Assembly: GCA_024711295.1 (NCBI GenBank)
Contig: JANJTB010000039.1
Span: 8,319 to 72,318, forward strand
Source: a bacterium
GTDB lineage: Bacteria > Bacteroidota > Ignavibacteria > Kapaibacteriales > UBA2268
Direction: 5' to 3'
DNA length: 64,000 nucleotides
Positions 62,373 to 64,000 of the stretch are shown here, in pieces (the first letter of the stretch is position 1; every line of letters starts with the position of its first letter). The position numbers and the translations under genes were made by a program. The notes beneath the pieces were generated by a model that made no database searches, was not told where the DNA came from, and was given only the letters and a program-made list of their open reading frames with translations.

Positions 62373-64000
62373 ATGCTAAAAAGAATATTTGCAATATTTT
62401 TATTTTGCTTATTTATAACCAATTTCTCTTTTTCAAAAGAAAATAAAGTTTTGTTTGATGCTTTGGATAAGGAACTAAAAAGGTCAATGAATGAGCTGTC
62501 AAAAGAAGATAAGCCACCTTATTACATATCTCTCAACGTTACAGATGTGTCTAATTTAAGTATTACATCGAGATTTGGAAAGCTAATAAATTCAAACGAT
62601 TCTAAATCAAGAATTTTGGATATTGACCTAAGAGTCGGTAATCATCAATTTGATAATACACACATAATCAGAGGGAATCCATTTAATTTCGGTAGTGGTG
62701 CAGGTGTAGTAAATCTTCCTCTGGAAGATGATGAAAGTGCAATAAGAAATGCTGTGTGGTTTTCAATTGATAAAAAATTCAGGGCTGCAGTTGAGAGATA
62801 CGACAAGGCATTGACTAATCAGGCTGTAAAAGTTGCTGAAGAAGATTCCAGCGCTGATTTTTCTAGGGAATTACCTGTCAAATTTTCTGGTGATATTAAA
62901 AATGTAACTACATCAAAAAGTAAATGGGAAGATTTTACTAAGAGAGTCTCTCTTGAATTCTCAAAACATCCCTTTATTTATACAAGTAGTGTTAGCTTTA
63001 CTGCCGAAAATAGAATAAAATACTTTTTAAATTCTGAAGGAAGCAAATTACAGTGGCAGGAAGTTGGTTACAGAATTTTCGTAAATGCATCAACTAAAGC
63101 TGATGACGGTATGTCGTTACCATTGTATCGCTCTTATTTTTCCTTTACCGAAGAAGGATTACCTAATGAGAAGGACATCATAAAAGACATTCAAAAAATG
63201 GTTGAATTATTGTCAGAATTAAGAAATGCACCTATGGCAGAGACATTCTCAGGTCCTGCGATATTATCAGGTGAAGCATCTGGTGTATTCTTTCACGAAA
63301 TTTTTGGGCACAGGGTAGAGGGCCATAGAGAGAAAGACCCTAACTCGAGTCAAACTTTCAAGAAGTCAATAAATAAGAAAATTCTACCTGAATTTATGAA
63401 TGTTTATTTCGATCCTACCAAAAATAAATTACGTGGTGTAGATCTCTCCGGATATTACAAATACGACGACGAGGGCGTTCTAGGTTCTAGAGTAAATACT
63501 GTAGAGAATGGTATTTTCAGAAACTTTTTGATGTCACGTTCTCCAATCGAAGGTTTCAGCAATTCCAACGGTCATGGTAGAAGGCAGGCAGGTTATTCTG
63601 TGGTATCGAGGCAATCAAACTTAATTGTTGAATCTGACAAAGTTGTCAGTAAGCAAAAGTTAATCCAAATGCTAAAAGAGGAAATTAAAAAGCAAAACAA
63701 AGAATATGGGCTATTTTTTGAGGAAGTGTCAGGTGGCTTCACTTTTACTTCAAGAACTATTCCCAATGCTTTTAACGTTACTCCGCTTGTTGTTTATAAA
63801 GTATATGCTGATGATAGAAAAGAAGAGCTTGTTCGTGGCGTAGATTTAATAGGTACTCCTTTAATGACTTTTGCAAATATTATTGCAGCTGCAGATGATA
63901 TGGGGATTTTTAACGGTATTTGCGGTGCCGAGTCAGGCGGTGTTCCTGTATCGGCTTGTTCACCCAGCATATTAGTCTCGACTATTGAAGTTCAGAAGAA
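62373..64000 (+). CDS. tldD: TldD/PmbA-family metallopeptidase with signal peptide, 3'-truncated (absent from the ORF track)
   Basis: Manual translation of the start (MLKRIFAIFLFCLFITNFSFS...PPYYISL) and in-frame motifs GVFFHEIFGHRVEG (His codon at 63294), DDEG, SNGHGR, RQSNL, ICGAESG.VPVS. Alternative starts at 62343 and 62361. TAACTTTG -7 element at 62242-62249. Confidence 0.9.
   Translation, partial: MLKRIFAIFLFCLFITNFSFSKENKVLFDALDKELKRSMNELSKEDKPPYYISLNVTDVSNLSITSRFGKLINSNDSKSRILDIDLRVGNHQFDNTHIIRGNPFNFGSGAGVVNLPLEDDESAIRNAVWFSIDKKFRAAVERYDKALTNQAVKVAEEDSSADFSRELPVKFSGDIKNVTTSKSKWEDFTKRVSLEFSKHPFIYTSSVSFTAENRIKYFLNSEGSKLQWQEVGYRIFVNASTKADDGMSLPLYRSYFSFTEEGLPNEKDIIKDIQKMVELLSELRNAPMAETFSGPAILSGEASGVFFHEIFGHRVEGHREKDPNSSQTFKKSINKKILPEFMNVYFDPTKNKLRGVDLSGYYKYDDEGVLGSRVNTVENGIFRNFLMSRSPIEGFSNSNGHGRRQAGYSVVSRQSNLIVESDKVVSKQKLIQMLKEEIKKQNKEYGLFFEEVSGGFTFTSRTIPNAFNVTPLVVYKVYADDRKEELVRGVDLIGTPLMTFANIIAAADDMGIFNGICGAESGGVPVSACSPSILVSTIEVQK

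Overview
AT-rich bacterial chromosomal segment from the Bacteroidota/Chlorobi-Ignavibacteria radiation. It looks non-Bacteroidia and Kapabacteria/Ignavibacteria-like (inference from a SusC/SusD pair, six T9SS C-terminal-domain cargo proteins, unfused secD and secF, and TTTG-N19/20-TAnnTTTG promoters alongside frequent Shine-Dalgarno sites). Housekeeping genes (xth, pyrG, trxB, hppD, secD, secF, purA, dksA-like, rpmE, rpsR, crcB, mltB) are interspersed with large secreted proteins, including a 2765-aa Cys-stapled repeat adhesin-like protein. No rRNA, tRNA, CRISPR array or mobile element was recognised. Top candidates for novelty: (1) a minus-strand three-gene operon at 51990-54260 encoding a stand-alone CarH-type B12-binding protein, a Cys-free globin/phycobiliprotein-like protein and a soluble histidine kinase, i.e. 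a possible 'split photocobilin' light/redox sensor; (2) a 57-aa ORF missing from the ORF track (51246-51419) that resembles ribosomal protein bL38/DUF4295 and heads an unusual operon with zinc-free L31 and S18; (3) a Psp-like grouping of J-domain protein, rhodanese and sigma-54 activator upstream of secDF. All family assignments come from motif recognition by eye; no searches were run.
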